Positions 21,429-32,000 of a stretch of DNA of 32,000 nucleotides are shown piece after piece (position 1 is the stretch's first letter; the number at the start of each line of letters is the position of its first letter). Made by a program: the position numbers and the translations under genes. The stretch is from Candidatus Saccharimonadota bacterium (GTDB lineage Bacteria > Patescibacteriota > Gracilibacteria > BD1-5 > UBA2023), in NCBI GenBank assembly GCA_042852035.1, contig BAAFHK010000001.1, positions 660,001 through 692,000 of the forward strand, written 5' to 3'. Under the pieces are notes generated by a model, which did no database searches, was not told the origin of the DNA, and worked only from the letters and a program-made list of their open reading frames with translations.

Positions 21429-21455
21429 TGGTAGCATAATCGTGCTACCATTTTT
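21429..21455 (+). terminator. rho-independent terminator/attenuator abutting the next start codon
   Basis: Stem TGGTAGCA (21429-21436) / TGCTACCA (21443-21450), then T5 (21451-21455), directly followed by ATG 21456. Confidence 0.65.
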
Positions 21456-23168
21456 ATGTCAGAAACTGAACTTCAATTACATCAAGAAATATCAACCCCA
21501 ATTTACTCGGATTCTATCGAGGAGATATTAAAATTGTGTCCGCCAGACATTGTAGATGATATAACAGAAGATTATTTAGAGAAAATAAAATCACTTAGTT
21601 GAGATGATCAAAAAAAGCTTCTCGAATTATGGAAAATAGAAGATAAGAAAACTTTATGAGTATTTATTAAGCTTATTAAATGAATTAAGGTTTCGTCTCA
21701 AGATAGAGTTAGCACATCTCAAGATAGATTGACCGCTTCGGTGGTAAATTCTTGAGAGGAAAAAGAAAAAGTACTTTACTCAGAGGCGATCGAAATATCA
21801 AAAAGTGCCCTCAACATAACAAAATCGATAGAAAAATCAGTTGGTAATACCTATACTGGAGAAATTGAATCCAGAATTGCGGCGAGTTATACTGATTCTA
21901 AAACTCAAGACTATTTTAAAACTCTGGGTATTGACATTAACAACCCAGAATCTCGCTCAAATCCTGAAGTACAGTGAATCCTTAAAGCACGCGTATCTAC
22001 CCAAGTATATCTAGAAAAAAGTGATGAGATTTCTCGAACTCATCCAGAACTTCAAGCATCCTTGAGGGAACTTTGAAGTCTGGGATTTAAACTCGGCATC
22101 GAGAGCACCTCAAAAGACATCACCAGCCTTCTCCCCGATGTCCCTAGAGACACTCGTAATCAAGTAGTACAAGCTGTGACTACTATAAATAGCGACTATC
22201 CCGATAATCCTATTACTCGAAGGGGAGATATATTAAGTTTTAAAGATCCAAATAATGATCGATTTAATTATGAAATTAATCTCGCAAACCAACCACCAAA
22301 ACTAACAAAGACTCTAAAGGGCATTTCCCTTTCACGAGAAATACCTGCTGCTTCTACTGAATTTCTTGCCTATCAGAAAGATAAATCAATCTTTGATGAT
22401 TGAGTAAAGAAATTTCTCGAACAATCAAAAAAGGAACCTTTTGTTGCAGCTATGGAGTTGGATACTAAGATTTTTGAAGAGGCATCAAAATGATGAATGA
22501 AAGAAATATGACTTCTTGAGTCATATAAATGATCAAAATCTGAAATGAAGAAAGCGTTTGAGGCATCGGACATAGCAAATTCAAATAGAGATACTCTTTG
22601 AAGTCTTATCAATAATCGAGAGTGACTCCGACTCAAGTGAGTGGCACTCTTTAATCTTGCCTCATACTTAAAAGCTAATGGGAACGAAAGTGAAGCCTGA
22701 TTCATAGAACACGCACTAGGTCCTATAAAATGAGCTATTGAGGAAAGTGATAGTAAAATTGCAAGATATACCCAAATCTCAGAAAGGTGAATACAATTAT
22801 CAAGAAACATGAAAAGTAAAGCAAATGAAGAATCTACTATAGATTCAAATTTAAAATGGTTAACCGATGATCTCCTCATCGACCAGATTTGACCACATGC
22901 GAACGAAGTTTTGCGAAGAATAATTGCCAATAGGAATCAAAATAGAAGTGAAGCAAATAAAATAGATTTATCATGAAAAGAAGTTGATATTCTAGATAAA
23001 GCGGCAATCAAAAATGACTTTCAGAAAATTATTGAATGACTTTGATTTCATCTCGAAGATTTAAGGACTGAAAAGATTTGATCTATAGTAAAAGCAATAA
23101 ATCAAGCTGTAATTATTCAAAGTTCAGGGATAGGTAGCATAGAAAGCCTTATACACTGAGTCAAATAG
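21456..23168 (+). CDS. hypothetical protein, 570 aa
   Basis: Frame 0 was checked codon by codon to TAG 23166-23168 and has about 30 in-frame TGA. It contains track ORF 22176..22403. The protein is helical and charged, with no signal peptide or motif recognised. Confidence 0.75.
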
Positions 23169-23236
23169 CATAAGAATTATCCTTGCATTTTACAGGAAAT
23201 ATATATGATGTATAGTATATCGTATAATATATTTCT

Positions 23237-24940
23237 ATGTCTCTTACACGGACACATATCGCATTTCTTGGCATCATGAGCATCTTTACTGGGATTATCT
23301 GACCAGGAACCCGTTCCTGAGAGATACTTCTGTCCTACCTCATGACTGATGTGCGTGGGGTTATTTATTTTATTCTCATAGGACTTATACTCGCATTTTC
23401 TTTTGCGGCATTTAGAAAATGGAGAATGTATCGATTCACTGTTTTTCTTATTATTTGTGGACTTATTTGAGTCGCGATTGTCACTTCACTCTGATTTATA
23501 TCAAATAGTCGAGATGGGATGCCTGCTGGATGATTTTCTTGGGGTTGGATTTTTTTATTGGTTGGAGGCTTCCTGCTCGCATGGAGTTATATCGAACGAA
23601 GAGATGATGGTAATGATGGAAAATTCTCAGAAACCATAGATACTATTATTGGGATTATGTGAGGATTCGCTCTCGCCTGCATTGCTTGAGTTATAATACT
23701 TTCATCATTTTCTTATTTTACCCGATGAAAATGAGACAGTGAAATTTTGAATCGTTTTTTTAGTACATGATCAGTAAAGACAATATCTGGTGAAATCAAA
23801 ATCGTTGGATCATTCCAAAATATGCCAGCAATAAAATACAATCGTTGAGAAGGATATCTTCTTCTTTCTTATTCCAATGAAAATGAGAGAATATGGGAGT
23901 ACAGAAACAAAGAAAATATACTCTCATGAGTATTACAAAATGATGAATCTGTAATAAAAATTGACAATGAAATCTATACAATAGATGAAGTCTGACACGT
24001 TCGAACTTCATCTGGACGAGTCATTCTTGGATCTCGAAGTACAGAAGATAAAAATATTATTGTATATAAAGAGGATGGAAGGATTATGGTAAAAAATAAA
24101 GATGGAAAAAGAGAACTTATATTGAGCGGAATCATCCAATCTCCTCTCTATTCTTCTAGTAATGGAACCCTTTTCTGGATTGAAACAAAAGATACCCTGA
24201 AATATATATTAGCTAATGGAGAGAAAATATGAAGCTGATATGCAGATATTAGCACACCTTCTTTCTCCTCAAATGGTCAAAATATAACATTTCTTGCGAA
24301 GTCAGGAAGTGAAACTTCAATGATTCGTAATAATATAAACATTGGGGTGCTTCCAAAAAATACTCAAACTTGAACGTATAACTCAAACTGATCACATAGT
24401 ATTTATGCAACATATGAGGCATGAGTGTTTGAGGTTCATCTTGATACAAATAAAGTTTCACGCGACCTACAAGATGTTCGAGAAATTTTTATTGAAGAAA
24501 ATGGAGGAGATTCTTATGCCTACTTCGGAAAACCTGTAGGAGAAGAGAAATGGTGTCTTTTCACCCGATATAAAGGAAATCTTTGCTGACTAGAAGGATA
24601 CATGAATCCAAGGATTTGAGCTGACGGAAGCTCAATCATCTTTGCATGAAAAAAAGATTCAGTTTGGAATATATATAGAAACACTGATGCTCTTGCAAGG
24701 GATACATGATATCACCCAACTTCAGTAAGCTACGATTATGCTTTCTACGACCTTACAAATCCTCGAACCTATATTATTATATCCTATGATAAAAATACAA
24801 AAAAATACAGTTACCGGAAAAACGGAAAACAAATCCCTTGATTCTGGGATGATGTCAGCTTAGAAGTATTTTTCTGATATGATAATCACGTAATGACGAC
24901 TGCAAAGTCAGAGAATAGCTGGAAAATTATAGAATTCTAA
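23237..24940 (+). CDS. membrane protein with N-terminal multi-TM domain and C-terminal PD40/TolB-like beta-propeller repeats, 567 aa
   Basis: Frame 2 was checked codon by codon to TAA 24938-24940. About 5 N-terminal TM helices are present (for example IAFLGIMSIFTGIIG and VIYFILIGLILAFSF). The C-terminal half has PD40-like strings TPSFSSNGQNITFLAKSG and NPRIGADGSSIIFAGKKD. Confidence 0.8.
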
Positions 24941-26449
<1,509 letters not shown>

Positions 26450-26531
26450 TCATTTTAAAGAGAAAAAATATATTTTCAAGGAAATATCAACTTTTGACTA
26501 TGAAAAAAAAATTAATCTGTATACTTACTCT

Positions 26532-27530
26532 ATGAAAAAAAATTGAATCTCACTTTTGGTTACATTGGTTGCATTTTGAATATGAATTTTCTTTTGAATT
26601 CAGATTCAAAGCGATAATTTCGAAGAAAAAAACATATTCGTTGAAAGGACATGAACAGGATATCTTGTGAATCCTTTGATTGAATGTGAACTCTCAACAT
26701 TTTGATCAAACCAAAAATATATTCCATTTGAGAATGATGTAAAAAAAAGAATAAAAAATGAGATTCTGTCTAAAAATCCAGACTTACAGATGTCTTTATA
26801 TTTTAGGAACCTCAGAAACGGTCCTTGGTTTGGAATATGAGAAGATGAGGACTTTGCTCCAGCAAGCCTCATGAAACTTCCTGTGGCTGTCTCTTACATG
26901 AAATGGAGCGAGTATGTTCAAGAGGTAAAAACATTCGCCTTCACTTGAATTGCAGACTCGATGTATATCCAGAATATCCCACCAGAAAAGATGGTTATTC
27001 CAGGAAAGCTTTACTCTCTTAATGAATTGATTGAGCTTTCTCTCGCTTATTCTGATAATAATGCAAATGAGACCCTGAGTTCTCACCTTCCAAGAGATAT
27101 CATTTACAAGGTATTTAACGATCTTGACCTACCAATTATTGGAAAACTTGAAGCATGAGAAAATGATTATATAAGCGTGAAGGAATATGCATCATTTTTC
27201 CGAATTCTCTATAATGCATCATATCTTTCTGATGTAGACTCGAGTTTCCTTCTTGATATAATGACACGCTCTGCAATGAGTTGAGGAATTCGAGCGTCCA
27301 TACCAAATGATATAATTGTTGCTCATAAATTCTGAGAAAGGCGTATCCAAAATGCAGATAATACCACATATATATCTCAGTTTCATGATTGTGGAATCGT
27401 TTATTATGCTGATTATCCGTACATCGTTTGTATTATGACAAAATGATGAGATAGCATACCCCGTCTCGAAAAAATTGTAGAAAACGCTTCTTCGATTATT
27501 TTTGAAGAAATTAGAAAGCGATATAAGTAA
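26532..27530 (+). CDS. class A beta-lactamase-like serine hydrolase with N-terminal membrane anchor, 332 aa
   Basis: Motifs: SxxK as PASLMKL (Ser 26865-26867), SDN as AYSDNNANE, and a KTG-like AHKFGE. The anchor is MKKNGISLLVTLVAFGIGIFFG. It contains track ORF 26961..27158. The upstream ATG 26500 runs into a TAA in its own frame. Confidence 0.75.
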
Positions 27531-27546
27531 AAAATATAAAAAAATT

Positions 27547-27574
27547 TTGACTTTCTTCTCCCCTTCTATAATAT
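27547..27574 (+). promoter_or_regulatory. possible promoter of tRNA-Asn
   Basis: TTGACT (27547-27552), 16 nt spacer, TAATAT (27569-27574), about 35 nt upstream of the tRNA. Confidence 0.4.
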
Positions 27575-27610
27575 GCACTTCGTCATCTTCATGATGATTG
27601 AATGCTTTAT

Positions 27611-27685
27611 TCCCCGATAGCTCAGCGGTAGAGCAACCGGCTGTTAACCGGTAGGTCACTGGTTCGAATCCAGTTCGGGGAGCCA
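27611..27685 (+). tRNA. tRNA-Asn (anticodon GTT), CCA encoded
   Basis: A 75 nt cloverleaf folded by hand. Acceptor stem TCCCCGA/TCGGGGA, D arm GCTC-AGCGGTA-GAGC, anticodon arm ACCGG-CTGTTAA-CCGGT (GTT at 27643-27645), T arm ACTGG-TTCGAAT-CCAGT, discriminator G and CCA. Confidence 0.93.
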
Positions 27686-27694
27686 TTAAAAGTC

Positions 27695-27723
27695 AAAAAT
27701 CACGCCTCTAGCGTGATTTTTTT
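27695..27723 (+). terminator. rho-independent terminator after the tRNA
   Basis: Stem ATCACGC (27699-27705) / GCGTGAT (27711-27717), loop CTCTA, then a T6 run. Confidence 0.7.
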
Positions 27724-27732
27724 GTGGAATTA

Positions 27733-27760
27733 TTGACAGATACATCGAGGATTTTATAAT
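27733..27760 (+). promoter_or_regulatory. consensus sigma70 promoter
   Basis: TTGACA (27733-27738), 16 nt spacer, TATAAT (27755-27760). Confidence 0.6.
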
Positions 27761-27853
27761 GGAAACATGTGAAATACTCACCTCTGACAAAAATCCTATT
27801 TTAATCCACTCTCAGAATGATTTTCCCTAATTGGAGGAGCACTGAAGTGAACC

Positions 27854-28141
27854 ATGCAATGAACCGCAAGAGTGGTAGTTGACTTCAATAATGCCGTAGC
27901 TCAAACATTAGGATTTAAGAATGCTAATTGACTCTCTATCGCTTGACTTGCTTTAGCGGGAGGACTTTATTTCGGTGCTCCAACACTCTCGGGACCAGTT
28001 GCTGCAACTACTTGAGTCACTCAAGCTGCAGTTACAACAACTCTTCAGAACACTGGAATATGAATCGGAATTGCATCTTGAGCTGATCTTGCAATAAATG
28101 CGACCGCAAAGAAACTTGCTGGAAAAAATTATAGAAGATAA
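27854..28141 (+). CDS. small Gly/Ala/Thr-rich hydrophobic protein, 95 aa (alternative in-frame start ATG 27767 gives 124 aa)
   Basis: Frame 2 was checked to TAA 28139-28141 and has 8 TGA. The sequence is ...GLSIAGLALAGGLYFGAPTLSGPVAATTGVTQAAVTTTLQNTGIGIGIASGADLAINATAKKLAGKNYRR. GGAGG lies at 27833-27837. No homolog was recognised. Confidence 0.5.
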
Positions 28142-28148
28142 TTATTGA

Positions 28149-29903
28149 ATGAATCATATTAATATACATCTCGACTCATACGAAGTCGACTGAGAAACTA
28201 TTATTGCTCACATTCATACGATAATTAATGCTACAGACAGAGTAGCTATCGTGGGTCCAAATGGTGTAGGAAAATCCACATTTTTAAAAATAGTTTCCTG
28301 AGAAATTTCAGACTATCAATGAAGTATTGAAAATATTGGAAATATATCCCTTGGCTATCTAGAGCAAATACAGTTTCTTGATGAGACAAAAAAAGTACGA
28401 GATGAGCTCAAAGATGCTTTTTTTGAACTCCGACAACTTGAACAAATTATCAAAGTTGAGGAAGAAAAATTGTCAGAAAACTGAGAGTATGAAAAGTATA
28501 CTGAAGCCATAGAGCAGTATAAGTATCTGGGAGGATATACGTATGAGAATGAAGTAGAAAGAGTATCTCGAGGAATTGGAATCTTCCATCTCCTTGAAAG
28601 GAGGCTCAATGAGGTATCATGAGGAGAAAGAACAAAAATCGCACTTGCAAAAACACTTTTATCTCGACCCGATTTCCTTCTCCTCGATGAACCAACAAAC
28701 TTCATCGATCTCTCAAGTGTAGAATGGCTCGAGAAATACCTTCAGGAAAGTTGGAAATGAGGGTATATGATTGTATCTCATGATAGAGAATTTCTTGATG
28801 AAACTGTAACTATCGTGATAGAAATACTTTGACCAAAATGAATCATAATAACACATGGGAACTATACAGATTCCGTGAGTGAAAAACGGGAAAAAATAAA
28901 ACGAGAAAAAAAAGCTTATGATGAGCAAACAATGCTTATAGAAAGCGAAAAGGAGCTTATTAATAGATTCAGAGCTGGATCAAGAGCTTGATTTGCAAAA
29001 AGCCGAGAGCGAGCCCTTGAGAAAATTGAAGTCCTTCAAAAGCCTGAAGAAAGAAGAGATATAAAATTCCAGTTCAGTTTACCGAAAGAAAGAGCACCCG
29101 AGAGCCTTATTCGTATCGAAGAAGCATTTATCTGAAGGCAAGATCCTCTATTTTTTATCCGGGAAGCCTCACTTGTACCATGAGAACGCATAGGAATTGT
29201 TTGAGAGAACGGTGTATGAAAGAGTACACTTATAAAAACCCTTCTCTGAACACTTCCTGATGAAGAACGGGAAAATTTTACAAAAAAATATCATCTCATA
29301 CCTGTTTTAGAGTGATTTCTTACTATCGCGAAAAACATCCGTGTCGGATACTATTCCCAAATGCATGAAACCCTCGATACATCAAAAACAATTGAAGAAA
29401 ATTTTATCATCCATGGACTTCCCTATTCAAAAGAACGAATAGGCGGGATTTTAGTTGCATTTTGATTTTGATATCATGATAGCAATAGAAAAGTTGAAGA
29501 GTTATCCTGATGAGAGCGATCTCGGCTTCTTTTCGCTTTTATTTGTGAACTCCCCTACCATCTCCTCATACTCGATGAACCAACAAATCACCTTGACTAT
29601 GAAACTCGTGAAATGCTTGAATGAGCATTAAAAAACTTTTGATGATCCGTACTTTTCATTTCTCACGATAGATACTTCGTCAATAAGCTCGCAAATAAAC
29701 TCTGGATTATCGAAGATGGAGAGCTCATACTCTCATATGGTAATTATGAGGATTACCGCTACAAAAAAGAAAAATGAATCTCTCTCGATATGAGCCTCTT
29801 TGACGCGGAATGAGAAATGAATCTTGTACTCGAAGAAAAACTTGGAGCAAGTGAGGCACGCAGAATAAAAGAAAAATTTGCACGCAAAAAAAAGAGGGTA
29901 TAA
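28149..29903 (+). CDS. ABC-F family ATPase (two nucleotide-binding domains, no transmembrane domain), 584 aa
   Basis: Frame 0 was checked codon by codon. NBD1: GPNGVGKSTF, LSGGERTKIALAK (Gly = TGA 28620-28622), LLLDEPTN. NBD2: GENGVGKSTL, LSGGERSRLLFAF, LILDEPTNHLD. A charged linker lies between them. Confidence 0.9.
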
Positions 29904-29914
29904 CCCTCTTTTTT
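29893..29914 (+). terminator. bidirectional rho-independent terminator between convergent genes
   Basis: Stem AGAGGGT (29893-29899) / ACCCTCT (29903-29909), with an A-run upstream and T5 downstream. It overlaps the ABC-F stop codon. Confidence 0.7.
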
Positions 29915-29915
29915 A

Positions 29916-32000
29916 CTATATACCAGATCATCCTGTATAAAGACTTGGATTGAGTGATCTAATAATCATCACTGATCCCGGCAATATCGATACTTGGGTT
30001 CATCCAACTTCACTTGCAAATTGGACTCAGACGGTTCAGGCTCAAGTTACATTGAATGTTCCTTCAAGTTTTCCAAAAGTTGTCGTACTCGCAGCTGGAG
30101 TTACCGTTGAAGTGAGCAATGTACCTGGAATAGTAGTTGCTCATTGGTATCTTGTAGAAGCCGTTTCTTGGAGAGATGAACCAAGAACAAAGTCACTCAG
30201 TCAAGCAGTAGTACCAGTAACGGTTAATCAAACTCAAACACTTGTAGATGCTGACTGATATCTTACATATACTACGATTTCATAAGGTCATGTAGGGAGA
30301 GTTGCTGACATCATTTCAGTAACATTTGAGGCAAAATTACTCGTACTAGACTGTGTAGTAGTAACTCTATAAATAAATGTCCCCGTCTGTGAAGATGATA
30401 GTGTCGACCAATTAGCCACACCATTAGCATCTGAGACAAGTATTTTCCCACTTCATGCATTATTTCGAATTCGCAGTGATCCACTCAAATCAAGAGTATT
30501 AGTTGGATCAACTCAGATACCTACGCTTCCAAGTCTAAATATTGTCTTATTATCTCAGATTGCAATTGTTGGATTTCATGCCTGACCAATTTGGAACTCA
30601 GGAGTACCAGCAAAATTATTAGCACCACCTCGATTTTCGTAACGAATATTTCTTTGATTTGAAAGTCATTTTAGAACAAGATCCACAAGATCAACAGAGC
30701 CTGCTTGTTCAAGCATTAAACCATTCACTCATGCCCTGTTTTGGAGGTAAAGTCGTGCAGTTCCATATGTATCTCCTGTTTCCTCTATAACTAATCCTTG
30801 ATTTCAAGATATACGACTATTTGCTGTTGGAAAAGTAATTGTTCAAGCCCCATTATCCGTAAAGCTTCCTATTCCAACGCTTGAACTTGAGAGCCATCGA
30901 GTAACATAATTTGTTGTTCCTCAAGTGAGAGTTGCAACGACCGCTTGCCAAGACGCTACACCAGTAGCATCAGAAGTAAGAACCCTACCAGAAGCTGGTG
31001 ATCCTCCAGAAATCTTTACCTGCCCATTAACATCGAGTTTCACGCTACTTGATGGCGTTGAAGTTCCGATTCAAACACTTCCATTTGCACCTATTCTCAT
31101 TCTTTCGCTTCCTGCCGTATAGAATCGAGTAATACCATGAGTGTAGTTTGTAGTATTTTTCGTAGTTTGTCAGACAGTAAGAACTCCTCATGTTTGACCA
31201 GAAGTTCCAGCAGCATAATTTATTGCTAGACCCCTATCCCAGTCAAATCCATCAGAAAGAATAATGGAAGATCCTACTGCACCCATAAACCATAGTGATG
31301 ATGCGTTTTGATAGCTTTTAATAGTAAATTGCGATTGTCCTGCGGTATCATTAAGTTTAAAATCTCCGCCATTTATATGAAGCATAGACTGTGGATTGTT
31401 CGTACCAATTCCAACATACCCTCCAGTCGTGACACGAACCTTTTCCGTATTACTTGTACGAATTACGAGTGGTTGAGCATCCGTAGTTCAAAGGAAATTA
31501 GTTACCGGATCCGTTCCTGCATTTCCTATAAGTGACCATCCTGCAATACTTCCTGTCGCCGCTGTTTGCCAACTTGCAATTCATGATGCATCTGACACAA
31601 GGACCTTTCACATTCCTGGATTTCATCATCTAATTCTAATCGTTCCGTTGATATCAAGCTTGGTAGAACTGGTAGGTGAATTTGTAAAAATACCCACATT
31701 ACGATTCGTATAATCAAGATACATAGTGCCGCCTTGCATAGCACCAGTAGATACATTTCAAGAAAAGCGTGGGTCAAAGACTGCATACAAACCATTCATT
31801 ACTAGCGGCCATCTATGATTCGAAAGACCACTCCAGCTCGTTTGCCAGAATAGAAATCTATCACCCCCATCCGTAGCATTATCATCAAGCTTAAATACAT
31901 AATCCGTATTGTCTGCAGCATTCTCCACCGAATACATAGTTGCTGAATCAGTAGCCAGAAGCCATCGGAAGCCACCTGGGTTTGAGCTTCATATACCAGG
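29916..32000 (-). CDS. large tail-fibre-like/adhesin-like repeat protein, C-terminal 694 aa (5' end outside window)
   Basis: The minus frame has no TAA/TAG from 29919 to 32000 (every triplet checked) and ends at TAG (29916-29918). It contains track ORF 31188..31385. The protein is Gly/Thr/Ser/Asn-rich, with three copies of VGIGT..P...LD.NG...I followed by G.G[KR][VI]L.SDA.G[VI]A[SN]W, and a beta-rich C-terminal domain. Confidence 0.8.

Noticed and set aside
22373-22930. The 185 aa minus-strand ORF, the longest ORF in the supplied track.
   Set aside because: It lies antisense inside the intact 570 aa plus-strand gene (21456-23168). Its sequence is Ser/Phe/Leu/Ile-rich and low in complexity, and it has no start context. 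It is a shadow ORF in AT-rich DNA lacking TAA/TAG by chance.
26500-26742. ATG 26500 as the start of the serine hydrolase.
   Set aside because: That frame hits TAA after about 80 codons and is out of frame with the SxxK/SDN motifs. ATG 26532 gives an in-frame membrane anchor and the full domain.
27219-27686. The 155 aa minus-strand ORF starting MAPRTGFEPVTYRLTAGCSTAEL.
   Set aside because: Its N-terminus is the antisense translation of tRNA-Asn, and the rest overlaps the serine-hydrolase gene and its promoter region. This is a classic artefact.
27767-27853. A double-glycine bacteriocin leader (…PLSEGFSLIGG) for the small protein.
   Set aside because: It matches the leader consensus only partially. 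There is no C39-peptidase ABC transporter or immunity gene adjacent, and start codon usage is unknown. I kept it only as a low-confidence note.
28149-29903. The ABC ATPase as a dedicated exporter for the adjacent small Gly-rich peptide.
   Set aside because: It has two tandem nucleotide-binding domains, a charged linker and no transmembrane domain. That is ABC-F architecture (translation factor or ribosome protection), not a transporter.
29950-30258. The plus-strand 102 aa ORF, and similar plus-strand ORFs at 14908..15117, 15080..15292 and 15849..16079.
   Set aside because: They are antisense to Thr/Ser/Gly-rich minus-strand genes whose frames carry signal peptides, paralogy and repeat motifs. 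The plus-strand products show no such features.

Overview
This is an AT-rich bacterial window that only makes sense under genetic code 25 (UGA = Gly), the code of Gracilibacteria and Absconditabacteria/SR1 (CPR/Patescibacteria). The supplied standard-code ORF track is fragmented for that reason. Reading TGA as Gly joins the fragments into about 27 tightly packed CDS plus one tRNA-Asn(GTT). I checked most of these codon by codon for in-frame TAA/TAG. Every real stop is TAA or TAG.

Housekeeping genes: TatD, DNA pol III delta-prime, two tandem thymidylate-kinase paralogs, a XerC/D-type recombinase, a RecX-like protein, RadA, MetRS, a class-A beta-lactamase-like serine hydrolase and an ABC-F ATPase.

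Accessory or unusual content:
1. A translationally coupled three-gene cassette at 324-5485: an SF2 DEAH helicase with a hydrophobic C-terminal hairpin, an unknown 370 aa protein and a classic-clade AAA+ ATPase. It is a candidate novel nucleic-acid-targeting or defence module.
2. radA, whose zinc-finger segment lies out of frame between a CCU-UAA-A site and an A7 run. This could be recoding, indel error or decay.
3. A cell-surface island at 12970-24940. It holds an Ig-like membrane-anchored protein with two tandem secreted paralogs, and a 1185 aa repeat lipoprotein whose lipobox glycine is TGA-encoded. That lipoprotein has a TGA-dense C-terminal domain followed by a small 4-TM immunity-like protein. 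The island ends with an operon headed by a Tat-signal protein.
4. A small Gly/Ala-rich protein behind a consensus promoter next to the tRNA.
5. A partial tail-fibre-like repeat protein at the 3' edge.

I saw no CRISPR array, rRNA or IS element. All family assignments come from motifs read by eye. No database search was possible.
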